Program-made: the position numbers and the translations under genes | DNA from: Eledone cirrhosa | Lineage: Eukaryota | Direction: 5' to 3' | Length of the DNA stretch: 64,000 nucleotides | Assembly: GCA_964016885.1 (NCBI GenBank) | Contig: OZ024741.1 | Span: forward strand, 414,656,001 to 414,720,000 | Notes under the pieces: generated by a model | The model's database searches: none | What the model saw: the letters and a program-made list of their open reading frames with translations, nothing else | Told to the model about the DNA's origin: nothing | Part shown: in pieces, positions 31,601 through 45,900 of the stretch | Layout of the letters: the number at the start of each line of letters is the position of its first letter | How positions within the stretch are numbered: position 1 is the first letter of the stretch

Positions 31601-34210
31601 ACACATACATAGATCTGACACTCTACCGCGTATAAGACACCAGGAGACCTACATCACACATACTTTGGTCTGACACTCTACCGAGTATAAGACACCAGGA
31701 GACCTACATCACACGTACTTTGGTCTGACACTCTACCCAGTATAAGACACCGGGAGACCTACATCACACGTAATTTGGTCTGACACTCTACCGAGTATAA
31801 GACACCAGGAGACCTACATCACACGTACTTTGGTCTGACACTCTACCGAGTATAAGACACCAGGAGACCTACATCACACATACATAGGTTTAACACTCTA
31901 CCGAGTATAAGACACCAGGAGACCTACATCAAACATACATAGGTTTAACACTCTACTGAGTATAAGACACCAGCAGACCTACATCACACATACTTTGGTC
32001 TGACACTCTACCGAGTATAAGACACCAGGAGACCTACATCACACATACTTTGGTCTGACACTCTACCGAGTATAAGACACCAGGAGACCTACATCACACG
32101 TACTTTGGTCTGACACTCTACCGAATATAAGACACCAGGAGACCTACATCACACATACTTTGGTCTTACACTCTACCGAGTATAAGACACAGGAGACCTA
32201 CATCACACATACTTTGGTCTTACACTCTACCAAGTATAAGACACCAGGAGACCTACATCACACATACTTTGATCTGACACTCTACCGAGTATAAGACACC
32301 GGGAGACCTACATCACACATATTTTGGTCTGACACTCTACCGAGTATAAGACACCAGGAGACCTACATCACACATAAATAGGTTTAACACTCTACCGAGT
32401 ATAAGACACCAGGAGACCTACATCACACATACATAGGTCTAACACTCTACCGAGTATAAGACACGAGGAGACCTACATCACACATACTTTGGTCTTACAC
32501 TCTACCGAGTATAAGACACCTGGAGACCTACATCACACGTACTTTGGTCTGACACTCTACCGAGTATAACACACCAGGAGACCTACATCACACGTACTTT
32601 GGTCTGACACTCTACCGAGTATAAGACACCAGGAGACCTACATCACGCATACTTTGGTCTGACACTCTACCGCGTATAAGACACCAGGAGACCTACATCA
32701 CACGTACTTTGGTCTGACACTCTACCGAGTATAAGACACCAGGAGACCTACATCACACGTACTTTGGTCTGACACTCTACCGAGTATAAGACACCAGAAG
32801 ACCTACATCACACATACTTTGGTCTGACACTCTACCGAGTATAAGACAACAGGAGACCTACATCACGCATACTTTGGTCTGACACTCTACCGCGTATAAG
32901 ACACCAGGAGACCTACATCACACGTACTTTGGTCTGACACTCTACCGAGTATAAGACACCAGGAGACCTACATCACACGTACTTTGGTCTGACACTCTAC
33001 CCAGTATAAGACACCGGGAGACCTACAGCACACATACTTTGGTCTGACACTCTACCGAGTATAAGACACCAGGAGACCTACATCACACATACTTTGGTCT
33101 TACACTCTACCAAGTATAAGACACCAGGAGACCTACATCACACATACTTTGGTCTGACACTCTACCGAGTATAAGACACCAGGAGAACTACATCACACGT
33201 ACTTTGGTCTGACACTCTACCGAGTATAAGACATCAGGAGACCTACATCACACATACATAGGTTTAACACTCTACCGAGTATAAGACACCAGGAGACCTA
33301 CATCACACATACATAGGTTTAACACTCTACTGAGTATAAGACACCAGGAGACCTACATCACACATACTTTGGTCTGACACTCTACCGAGTATAAGACACC
33401 AGGAGACCTTCATCACACATACTTTGGTCTGACACTCTACCGAGTATAAGACACCAGGAGACCTACATCACACGTACTTTGGTCTGACACTCTACCGAGT
33501 ATAAGACACCAGGAGACCTACATCACACATACTTTGGTCTGACACTCTACCGAGTATAAGACACCAGGAGACCTACATCACACATAATTTGGTCTTACAC
33601 TCTACCAAGTATAAGACACCAGGAGACCTACATCACACATACTTTGGTCTGACACTCTACCGAGTATAAGACACCAGGAGAACTACATCACACGTACTTT
33701 GGTCTGACACTCTACCGAGTATAAGACACCAGGAGACCTACATCACACATACATAGGTTTAACACTCTACCGAGTATAAGACACCAAGAGACCTACATCA
33801 CACATACATAGGTTTAACACTCTACTGAGTATAAGACACCAGGAGACCTACATCACACATACTTTGGTCTGACACTCTACCGAGTATAAGACACCAGGAG
33901 ACCTTCATCACACATACTTTGGTCTGACACTCTACCGAGTATAAGACACCAGGAGACCTACATCACACGTACTTTGGTCTTACACTCTACCGAGTATAAG
34001 ACACCAGGAGGCCTACATCACACGTACTTTGGTCTGACACTCTACCGAATATAAGACACCAGGAGACCTACATCACACGTACTTTGGTCTGACACTCTAC
34101 CGAGTATAAGACACCAGGAGACCTACATCACACGTACTTTGGTCTGACACTCTACCGAGTATAAGACACCAGGAGACCTACATCACATGTACTTTGGTCT
34201 GACACTCTAC
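11920..34210. repeat. ~5.55 kb higher-order repeat (100-104 monomers), four near-identical tandem copies
   Basis: Insertion marker 'cataaac' at 14662, 20215, 25933 and 31431. Marker 'cacacggac' at 13731, 19284, 25002 and 30500. Both give spacings of 5553, 5718 and 5498 (101, 104 and 100 monomers, each minus 2 bp). Copies start near 11921, 17474, 23192 and 28745. Confidence 0.9.
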
Positions 34211-37200
34211 CAAGTATAAGCCACCAGGAGACCTACATCACACATACTTTGGTCTGACACTCTACCGAGTATAAGACACCAGAAGACCTACATCACACAT
34301 ACTTTGGTCTGACACTCTACCGAGTATAAGACAACAGGAGACCTACATCACGCATACTTTGGTCTGACACTCTACCGCGTATAAGACACCAGGAGACCTA
34401 CAGCACACATACTTTGGTCTCACACCCTACCGAATATAAGACACCAGGAGACCTACATCACACATACTTTGGTCTTACACTCTACCGAGTATAAGACACC
34501 AGGAGACCTACATCACACATACTTTGGTCTTACACTCTACCGAGTATAAGACACCAGGAGACCTACATCACACATACTTTGGTCTGACACTCTACCGAGT
34601 ATAAGACACCAGGAGACCTACATCACACATACTTTGGTCTTACACTCTACCGAGTATAAGACACCAGGAGACCTACATCACACATACTTTGGTCTTACAC
34701 TCTACCAAGTATAAGACACCAGGAGACCTACATCACACATACTTTGGTCTTACACTCTACCAAGTATAACACACCAGGAGACCTACATCACACATACATA
34801 GGTCTGACACTCTACCGAGTATAAGACACCAGGAGACCTACATCACACATACTTTGATCTGACACTCTACCGAGTATAAGACACCGGGAGACCTACATCA
34901 CACATATTTTGGTCTGACACTCTACCGAGTATAACACACCAGGAGACCTACATCACACATACATAGGTTTAACACTCTACCGAGTATAAGACACCAGGAG
35001 ACCTACATCACACATACATAGGTCTGACACTCTACCGAGTATAAGACACCAGGAGACCTACATCACACATACTTTGGTCTGACACTCTACCGAGTATAAC
35101 ACACCGGGAGATCTACATCACATATACTTTGGTCTGACACTCTACCGAGTATAACACACCAGGAGACCTACATCACACATACTTTGGTCTCACACTCTAC
35201 CGAGTATAACACACCAGGAGACCTACAGCACACATACTTTGGTCTGACACTCTACCGAGTATAACACACCAGGAGACCTACATCACACGTACTTTGGTCT
35301 GACACTCTACCGAGTATAAGACACCAGGAGACCTACATCACACATACTTTGGTCTCACACTCTACCGAGTATAACACACCAGGAGACCTACAGCACACAT
35401 ACTTTGGTCTGACACTCTACCGAGTATAACACACCAGGAGACCTACATCACACGTACTTTGGTCTGACACTCTACCGAGTATAAGACACCAGGAGACCTA
35501 CATCACACATACTTTGGTCCGACACTCTACCGACTATAAGACACCAGGAGACCTACATCACACGTACTTTGGTCTGACACTCTACCCAGTATAAGACACC
35601 AGGAGACCTACATCACACGTACTTTGGTCTGACACTCTACCCAGTATAAGACACCAGGAGACCTACATCACACGTACTTTGGTCTGACACTCTACCGAGT
35701 ATAAGACACCAGGAGACCTACATCACACGTACTTTGGTCTGACACTCTACCGAGTATAAGACACCAGGAGACCTACATCACACGTACTTTGGTCTGACAC
35801 TCTACCCAGTATAAGACACCAGGAGACCTACATCACACGTACTTTGGTCTGACACTCTACCGAGTATAAGACACCAGGAGACCTACATCACGCATACTTT
35901 GGTCTGACACTCTACCGAGTATAAGACACCAGGAGACCTACATCACACGTACTTTGGTCTGACACACTACCGAGTATAACACACCAGGAGACCTACATCA
36001 CACATACTTTGGTCTGACACTCTACCGAGTATAACACACCAGGAGACCTACATCACACATACTTTGGTCTCACACTCTACCGAGTATAACACACGAGGAG
36101 ACCTACATCGCACATACTTTGGTCTGACACTCTACCGAGTATAACACACCAGGAGACCTACATCACACATACTTTGGTCTGACACTCTACCGAGTATAAC
36201 ACACCAGGAGGCCTACATCGCACATACTTTGGTCTGACACTCTACCGATTATAAGACACCAGGAGACCTACATAAACACATACATAGGTTTAACACACTA
36301 CTGAGTATAAGACACCAGGAGACCTACATCACACATACATAGGCCTGACACTCTACCGAGTATAAGACACCAGGAGACCTACATCACACATACATAGGTC
36401 TGACACTCTACCGAGTATAAGACACCAGCAGACCTACATCAAACGTACTTTGGTCTCACACTCTACCGAGTATAAGACACCAGGAGACCTACATCACACA
36501 TACTTTGGTCCGACACTCTACCGACTATAAGACACTAGGAGACCTACATCACACGTACTTTGGTCTGACACTCTACCGAGTATAAGACACCAGGAGACCT
36601 ACAGCACACATACTTTGATCTGACACTCTACCGAGTATAAGACACCAGGAGACCTACATCACACGTACTTTGGTCTGACACTCTACCGAGTATAACACAC
36701 CAGGAGACCTACATCACACATACATAGATCTGACACTCTACCGCGTATAAGACACCAAGAGACCTACATCACACGTACTTTGGTCTGACACTCTACCGAG
36801 TATAAGACACCAGGAGACCTACATCACACGTACTTTGGTCTGACACTCTACCCAGTATAAGACACCGGGAGACCTACATCACACGTAATTTGGTCTGACA
36901 CTCTACCGAGTATAAGACACCAGGAGACCTACATCACACGTACTTTGGTCTGACACTCTACCGAGTATAAGACACCTGGAGACCTACATCACACATACAT
37001 AGGTTTAACACTCTACCGAGTATAAGACACCAGGAGACCTACATCACACATACAGAGGTTTAACACTCTACTGAGTATAAGACACCAGCAGACCTACATC
37101 ACACATACTTTGGTCTGACACTCTACCGAGTATAAGACACCAGGAGACCTACATCACACATACTTTGGTCTGACACTCTACCGAGTATAAGACACCAGGA

Positions 37201-37379
37201 GACCTACATCACACGTACTTTGGTCTGACACTCTACCGAATATAAGACACCAGGAGACCTACATCACACATACTTTGGTCTTACACTCTACCGAGTATAA
37301 GACACCAGGAGACCTACATCACACATACTTTGGTCTGACACTCTACCGAATATAAGACACCAGGAGACCTACATCACAC

Positions 37380-40300
37380 ATACTTTGGTCTTACACTCTA
37401 CCAAGTATAAGACACCAGGAGACCTACATCACACATACTTTGATCTGACACTCTACCGAGTATAAGACACCGGGAGACCTACATCACACATATTTTGGTC
37501 TGACACTCTACCGAGTATAAGACACCATGAGACCTACATCACACATACATAGGTTTAACACTCTACCGAGTATAAGACACCAGGAGACCTACATCACACA
37601 TACATAGGTCTAACACTCTACCGAGTATAAGACACGAGGAGACCTACATCACACATACTTTGGTCTTACACTCTACCGAGTATAAGACACCTGGAGACCT
37701 GCATCACACGTACTTTGGTCTGACACTCTACCGAGTATAACACACCAGGAGACCTACATCACACGTACTTTGGTCTGACACTCTACCGAGTATAAGACAC
37801 CAGGAGACCTACATCACGCATACTTTGGTCTGACACTCTACCGCGTATAAGACACCAGGAGACCTACATCACACGTACTTTGGTCTGACACTCTACCGAG
37901 TATAAGACACCAGGAGACCTACATCACACGTACTTTGGTCTGACACTCTACCGAGTATAAGACACCAGAAGACCTACATCACACATACTTTGGTCTGACA
38001 CTCTACCGAGTATAAGACAACAGGAGACCTACATCACGCATACTTTGGTCTGACACTCTACCGCGTATAAGACACCAGGAGACCTACATCACACGTACTT
38101 TGGTCTGACACTCTACCGAGTATAAGACACCAGGAGACCTACATCACACGTACTTTGGTCTGACACTCTACCCAGTATAAGACACCGGGAGACCTACATC
38201 ACACATACTTTGGTCTGACACTCTACCGAGTATAAGACACCAGGAGACCTACATCACACGTACTTTGGTCTGACACTCTACCGAGTATAAGACACCAGGA
38301 GACCTACATCACACGTACTTTGGTCTGACACTCTACCGATTATAACACACCAGGAGACCTACATCACACATACTTTGGTCTGACACTCTACCGAGTATAA
38401 GACAACAGGAGACCTACATCACGCATACTTTGGTCTGACACTCTACCGCGTATAAGACACCAGGAGACCTACAGCACACATACTTTGGTCTCACACCCTA
38501 CCGAATATAAGACACCAGGAGACCTACATCACACATACTTTGGTCTTACACTCTACCGAGTATAAGACACCAGGAGACCTACATCACACGTACTTTGGTC
38601 TGACACTCTACCGATTATAACACATCAGAAGACCTACATCACACATACTTTGGTCTGACACTCTACCGAGTATAAGACAACAGGAGACCTACATCACGCA
38701 TACTTTGGTCTGACACTCTACCGCGTATAAGACACCAGGAGACCTACAGCACACATACTTTGGTCTCACACCCTACCGAATATAAGACACCAGGAGACCT
38801 ACATCACACATACTTTGGTCTTACACTCTACCGAGTATAAGACACCAGGAGACCTACATCACACATACTTTGGTCTTACACTCTACCAAGTATAAGACAC
38901 CAGGAGACCTACATCACACATACTTTGATCTGACACTCTACCGAGTATAAGACACCGGGAGACCTACATCACACATATTTTGGTCTGACACTCTACCGAG
39001 TATAAGACACCAGGAGACCTACATCACACATACATAGGTTTAACACTCTACCGAGTATAAGACACCAGGAGACCTACATCACACATACATAGGTCTAACA
39101 CTCTACCGAGTATAAGACACGAGGAGACCTACATCACACATACTTTGGTCTTACACTCTACCGAGTATAAGACACCTGGAGACCTGCATCACACGTACTT
39201 TGGTCTGACACTCTACCGAGTATAACACACCAGGAGACCTACATCACACGTACTTTGGTCTGACACTCTACCGAGTATAAGACACCAGGAGACCTACATC
39301 ACGCATACTTTGGTCTGACACTCTACCGCGTATAAGACACCAGGAGACCTACATCACACGTACTTTGGTCTGACACTCTACCGAGTATAAGACACCAGGA
39401 GACCTACATCACACGTACTTTGGTCTGACACTCTACCGAGTATAAGACACCAGAAGACCTACATCACACATACTTTGGTCTGACACTCTACCGAGTATAA
39501 GACAACAGGAGACCTACATCACGCATACTTTGGTCTGACACTCTACCGCGTATAAGACACCAGGAGACCTACATCACACGTACTTTGGTCTGACACTCTA
39601 CCGAGTATAAGACACCAGGAGACCTACATCACACGTACTTTGGTCTGACACTCTACCCAGTATAAGACACCGGGAGACCTACATCACACATACTTTGGTC
39701 TGACACTCTACCGAGTATAAGACACCAGGAGACCTACATCACACGTACTTTGGTCTGACACTCTACCGAGTATAAGACACCAGGAGACCTACATCACACG
39801 TACTTTGGTCTGACACTCTACCGATTATAACACACCAGGAGACCTACATCACACATACTTTGGTCTGACACTCTACCGAGTATAAGACAACAGGAGACCT
39901 ACATCACGCATACTTTGGTCTGACACTCTACCGCGTATAAGACACCAGGAGACCTACAGCACACATACTTTGGTCTCACACCCTACCGAATATAAGACAC
40001 CAGGAGACCTACATCACACATACTTTGGTCTTACACTCTACCGAGTATAAGACACCAGGAGACCTACATCACACGTACTTTGGTCTGACACTCTACCGAT
40101 TATAACACACCAGAAGACCTACATCACACATACTTTGGTCTGACACTCTACCGAGTATAAGACAACAGGAGACCTACATCACGCATACTTTGGTCTGACA
40201 CTCTACCGCGTATAAGACACCAGGAGACCTACAGCACACATACTTTGGTCTCACACCCTACCGAATATAAGACACCAGGAGACCTACATCACACATACTT

Positions 40301-42500
40301 TGGTCTTACACTCTACCGAGTATAAGAGACCAGGAGACCTACATCACACATACTTTGGTCTTACACTCTACCGAGTATAAGACACCAGGAGACCTACATC
40401 ACACATACTTTGGTCTGACACTCTACCGAGTATAAGACACCAGGAGACCTACATCACACATACTTTGGTCTTACACTCTACCGAGTATAAGACACCAGGA
40501 GACCTACATCACACATACTTTGGTCTTACACTCTACCAAGTATAAGACACCAGGAGACCTACACCACACATACTTTGGTCTTACACTCTACCAAGTATAA
40601 CACACCAGGAGACCTACATCACACATACATAGGTCTGACACTCTACCGAGTATAAGACACCAGGAGACCTACATCACACATACTTTGATCTGACACTCTA
40701 CCGAGTATAAGACACCGGGAGACCTGCATCACACATATTTTGGTCTGACACTCTACCGAGTATAAGACACCAGGAGACCTACATCACACATACATAGGTT
40801 TAACACTCTACCGAGTATAAGACACCAGGAGACCTACATCACACATACATAGGTCTAACACTCTACCGAGTATAAGACACGAGGAGACCTACATCACACA
40901 TACTTTGGTCTTACACTCTACCGAGTATAAGACACCTGGAGACCTGCATCACACGTACTTTGGTCTGACACTCTACCGAGTATAACACACCAGGAGACCT
41001 ACATCACACGTACTTTGGTCTGACACTCTACCGAGTATAAGACACCAGGAGACCTACATCACGCATACTTTGGTCTGACACTCTACCGCGTATAAGACAC
41101 CAGGAGACCTACATCACACGTACTTTGGTCTGACACTCTACCGAGTATAAGACACCAGGAGACCTACATCACACGTACTTTGGTCTGACACTCTACCGAG
41201 TATAAGACACCAGAAGACCTACATCACACATACTTTGGTCTGACACTCTACCGAGTATAAGACAACAGGAGACCTACATCACGCATACTTTGGTCTGACA
41301 CTCTACCGCGTATAAGACACCAGGAGACCTACATCACACGTACTTTGGTCTGACACTCTACCGAGTATAAGACACCAGGAGACCTACATCACAAGTACTT
41401 TGGTCTGACACTCTACCCAGTATAAGACACCGGGAGACCTACATCACACATACTTTGGTCTGACACTCTACCGAGTATAAGACACCAGGAGACCTACATC
41501 ACACGTACTTTGGTCTGACACTCTACCGAGTATAAGACACCAGGAGACCTACATCACACGTACTTTGGTCTGACACTCTACCGATTATAACACACCAGGA
41601 GACCTACATCACACATACTTTGGTCTGACACTCTACCGAGTATAAGACAACAGGAGACCTACATCACGCATACTTTGGTCTGACACTCTACCGCGTATAA
41701 GACACCAGGAGACCTACAGCACACATACTTTGGTCTCACACCCTACCGAATATAAGACACCAGGAGACCTACATCACACATACTTTGGTCTTACACTCTA
41801 CCGAGTATAAGACACCAGGTGACCTACATCACACGTACTTTGGTCTGACACTCTACCGATTATAACACACCAGAAGACCTACATCACACATACTTTGGTC
41901 TGACACTCTACCGAGTATAAGACAACAGGAGACCTACATCACGCATACTTTGGTCTGACACTCTACCGCGTATAAGACACCAGGAGACCTACAGCACACA
42001 TACTTTGGTCTCACACCCTACCGAATATAAGACACCAGGAGACCTACATCACACATACTTTGGTCTTACACTCTACCGAGTATAAGACACCAGGAGACCT
42101 ACATCACACATACTTTGGTCTTACACTCTACCGAGTATAAGACACCAGGAGACCTACATCACACATACTTTGGTCTGACACTCTACCGAGTATAAGACAC
42201 CAGGAGACCTACATCACACATACTTTGGTCTTACACTCTACCGAGTATAAGACACCAGGAGACCTACATCACACATACTTTGGTCTTACACTCTACCAAG
42301 TATAAGACACCAGGAGACCTACACCACACATACTTTGGTCTTACACTCTACCAAGTATAACACACCAGGAGACCTACATCACACATACATAGGTCTGACA
42401 CTCTACCGAGTATAAGACACCAGGAGACCTACATCACACATACTTTGATCTGACACTCTACCGAGTATAAGACACCGGGAGACCTACATCACACATATTT
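37380..42500. repeat. Local HOR of 27-32 monomers (1,485-1,760 bp), about three copies
   Basis: The marker 'cctggagacctgcatc' has its variant G at 37701, 39186 and 40946 (spacings 1485 = 27x55 and 1760 = 32x55). No indel shifts the monomer phase in this region. Confidence 0.8.
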
Positions 42501-42999
42501 TGGTCTGACACTCTACCGAGTATAACACACCAGGAGACCTACATCACACATACATAGGTTTAACACTCTACCGAGTATAAGACACCAGGAGACCTACATC
42601 ACACATACATAGGTCTGACACTCTACCGAGTATAAGACACCAGGAGACCTACATCACACATACTTTGGTCTGACACTCTACCGAGTATAACACACCGGGA
42701 GATCTACATCACACATACTTTGGTCTGACACTCTACCGAGTATAACACACCAGGAGACCTACATCACACATACTTTGGTCTCACACTCTACCGAGTATAA
42801 CACACCAGGAGACCTACAGCACACATACTTTGGTCTGACACTCTACCGAGTATAACACACCAGGAGACCTACATCACACGTACTTTGGTCTGACACTCTA
42901 CCGAGTATAAGACACCAGGAGACCTACATCACACATACTTTGGTCTCACACTCTACCGAGTATAACACACCAGGAGACCTACAGCACACATACTTTGGT

Positions 43000-45900
43000 C
43001 TGACACTCTACCGAGTATAACACACCAGGAGACCTACATCACACGTACTTTGGTCTGACACTCTACCGAGTATAAGACACCAGGAGACCTACATCACGCA
43101 TACTTTGGTCTGACACTCTACCGCGTATAAGACACCAGGAGACCTACATCACACGTACTTTGGTCTGACACTCTACCGAGTATAAGACACCAGGAGACCT
43201 ACATCACACGTACTTTGGTCTGACACTCTACCGAGTATAAGACACCAGAAGACCTACATCACACATACTTTGGTCTGACACTCTACCGAGTATAAGACAA
43301 CAGGAGACCTACATCACGCATACTTTGGTCTGACACTCTACCGCGTATAAGACACCAGGAGACCTACATCACACGTACTTTGGTCTGACACTCTACCGAG
43401 TATAAGACACCAGGAGACCTACATCACACGTACTTTGGTCTGACACTCTACCCAGTATAAGACACCGGGAGACCTACATCACACATACTTTGGTCTGACA
43501 CTCTACCGAGTATAAGACACCAGGAGACCTACATCACACGTACTTTGGTCTGACACTCTACCGAGTATAAGACACCAGGGGACCTACATCACACGTACTT
43601 TGGTCTGACACTCTACCGATTATAACACACCAGGAGACCTACATCACACATACTTTGGTCTGACACTCTACCGAGTATAAGACAACAGGAGACCTACATC
43701 ACGCATACTTTGGTCTGACACTCTACCGCGTATAAGACACCAGGAGACCTACATCACACGTACTTTGGTCTGACACTCTACCGATTATACCACACCAGAA
43801 GACCTACATCACACATACTTTGGTCTGACACTCTACCGAGTATAAGACAACAGGAGACCTACATCACGCATACTTTGGTCTGACACTCTACCGCGTATAA
43901 GACACCAGGAGACCTACAGCACACATACTTTGGTCTCACACCCTACCGAATATAAGACACCAGGAGACCTACATCACACATACTTTGGTCTTACACTCTA
44001 CCGAGTATAAGACACCAGGAGACCTACATCACACATACTTTGGTCTTACACTCTACCGAGTATAAGACACCAGGAGACCTACATCACACATACTTTGGTC
44101 TGACACTCTACCGAGTATAAGACACCAGGAGACCTACATCACACATACTTTGGTCTTACACTCTACCGAGTATAAGACACCAGGAGACCTACATCACACA
44201 TACTTTGGTCTTACACTCTACCAAGTATAAGACACCAGGAGACCTACATCACACATACTTTGGTCTTACACTCTACCAAGTATAACACACCAGGAGACCT
44301 ACATCACACATACATAGGTCTGACACTCTACCGAGTATAAGACACCAGGAGACCTACATCACACATACTTTGATCTGACACTCTACCGAGTATAAGACAC
44401 CGGGAGACCTACATCACACATATTTTGGTCTGACACTCTACCGAGTATAACACACCAGGAGACCTACATCACACATACATAGGTTTAACACTCTACCGAG
44501 TATAAGACACCAGGAGACCTACATCACACATACATAGGTCTGACACTCTACCGAGTATAAGACACCAGGAGACCTACATCACACATACTTTGGTCTGACA
44601 CTCTACCGAGTATAACACACCGGGAGATCTACATCACACATACTTTGGTCTGACACTCTACCGAGTATAACACACCAGGAGACCTACATCACACATACTT
44701 TGGTCTCACACTCTACCGAGTATAACACACCAGGAGACCTACAGCACACATACTTTGGTCTGACACTCTACCGAGTATAACACACCAGGAGACCTACATC
44801 ACACGTACTTTGGTCTGACACTCTACCGAGTATAAGACACCAGGAGACCTACATCACACATACTTTGGTCTCACACTCTACCGAGTATAACACACCAGGA
44901 GACCTACAGCACACATACTTTGGTCTTACACTCTACCGAGTATAACACACCAGGAGACCTACATCACACGTACTTTGGTCTGACACTCTACCGAGTATAA
45001 GACACCAGGAGACCTACATCACACATACTTTGGTCCGACACTCTACCGACTATAAGACACCAGGAGACCTACATCACACGTACTTTGGTCTGACACTCTA
45101 CCCAGTATAAGACACCAGGAGACCTACATCACACGTACTTTGGTCTGACACTCTACCCAGTATAAGACACCAGGAGACCTACATCACACGTACTTTGGTC
45201 TGACACTCTACCGAGTATAAGACACCAGGAGACCTACATCACACGTACTTTGGTCTGACACTCTACCGAGTATAAGACACCAGGAGACCTACATCACACG
45301 TACTTTGGTCTGACACTCTACCCAGTATAAGACACCAGGAGACCTACATCACACGTACTTTGGTCTGACACTCTACCGAGTATAAGACACCAGGAGACCT
45401 ACATCACGCATACTTTGGTCTGACACTCTACCGAGTATAAGACACCAGGAGACCTACATCACACGTACTTTGGTCTGACACACTACCGAGTATAACACAC
45501 CAGGAGACCTACATCACACATACTTTGGTCTGACACTCTACCGAGTATAACACACCACGAGACCTACATCACACATACTTTGGTCTCACACTCTACCGAG
45601 TATAACACACGAGGAGACCTACATCGCACATACTTTGGTCTGACACTCTACCGAGTATAACACACCAGGAGACCTACATCACACATACTTTGGTCTGACA
45701 CTCTACCGAGTATAACACACCAGGAGGCCTACATCGCACATACTTTGGTCTGACACTCTACCGATTATAAGACACCAGGAGACCTACATAAACACATACA
45801 TAGGTTTAACACACTACTGAGTATAAGACACCAGGAGACCTACATCACACATACATAGGTCTGACACTCTACCGAGTATAAGACACCAGGAGACCTACAT

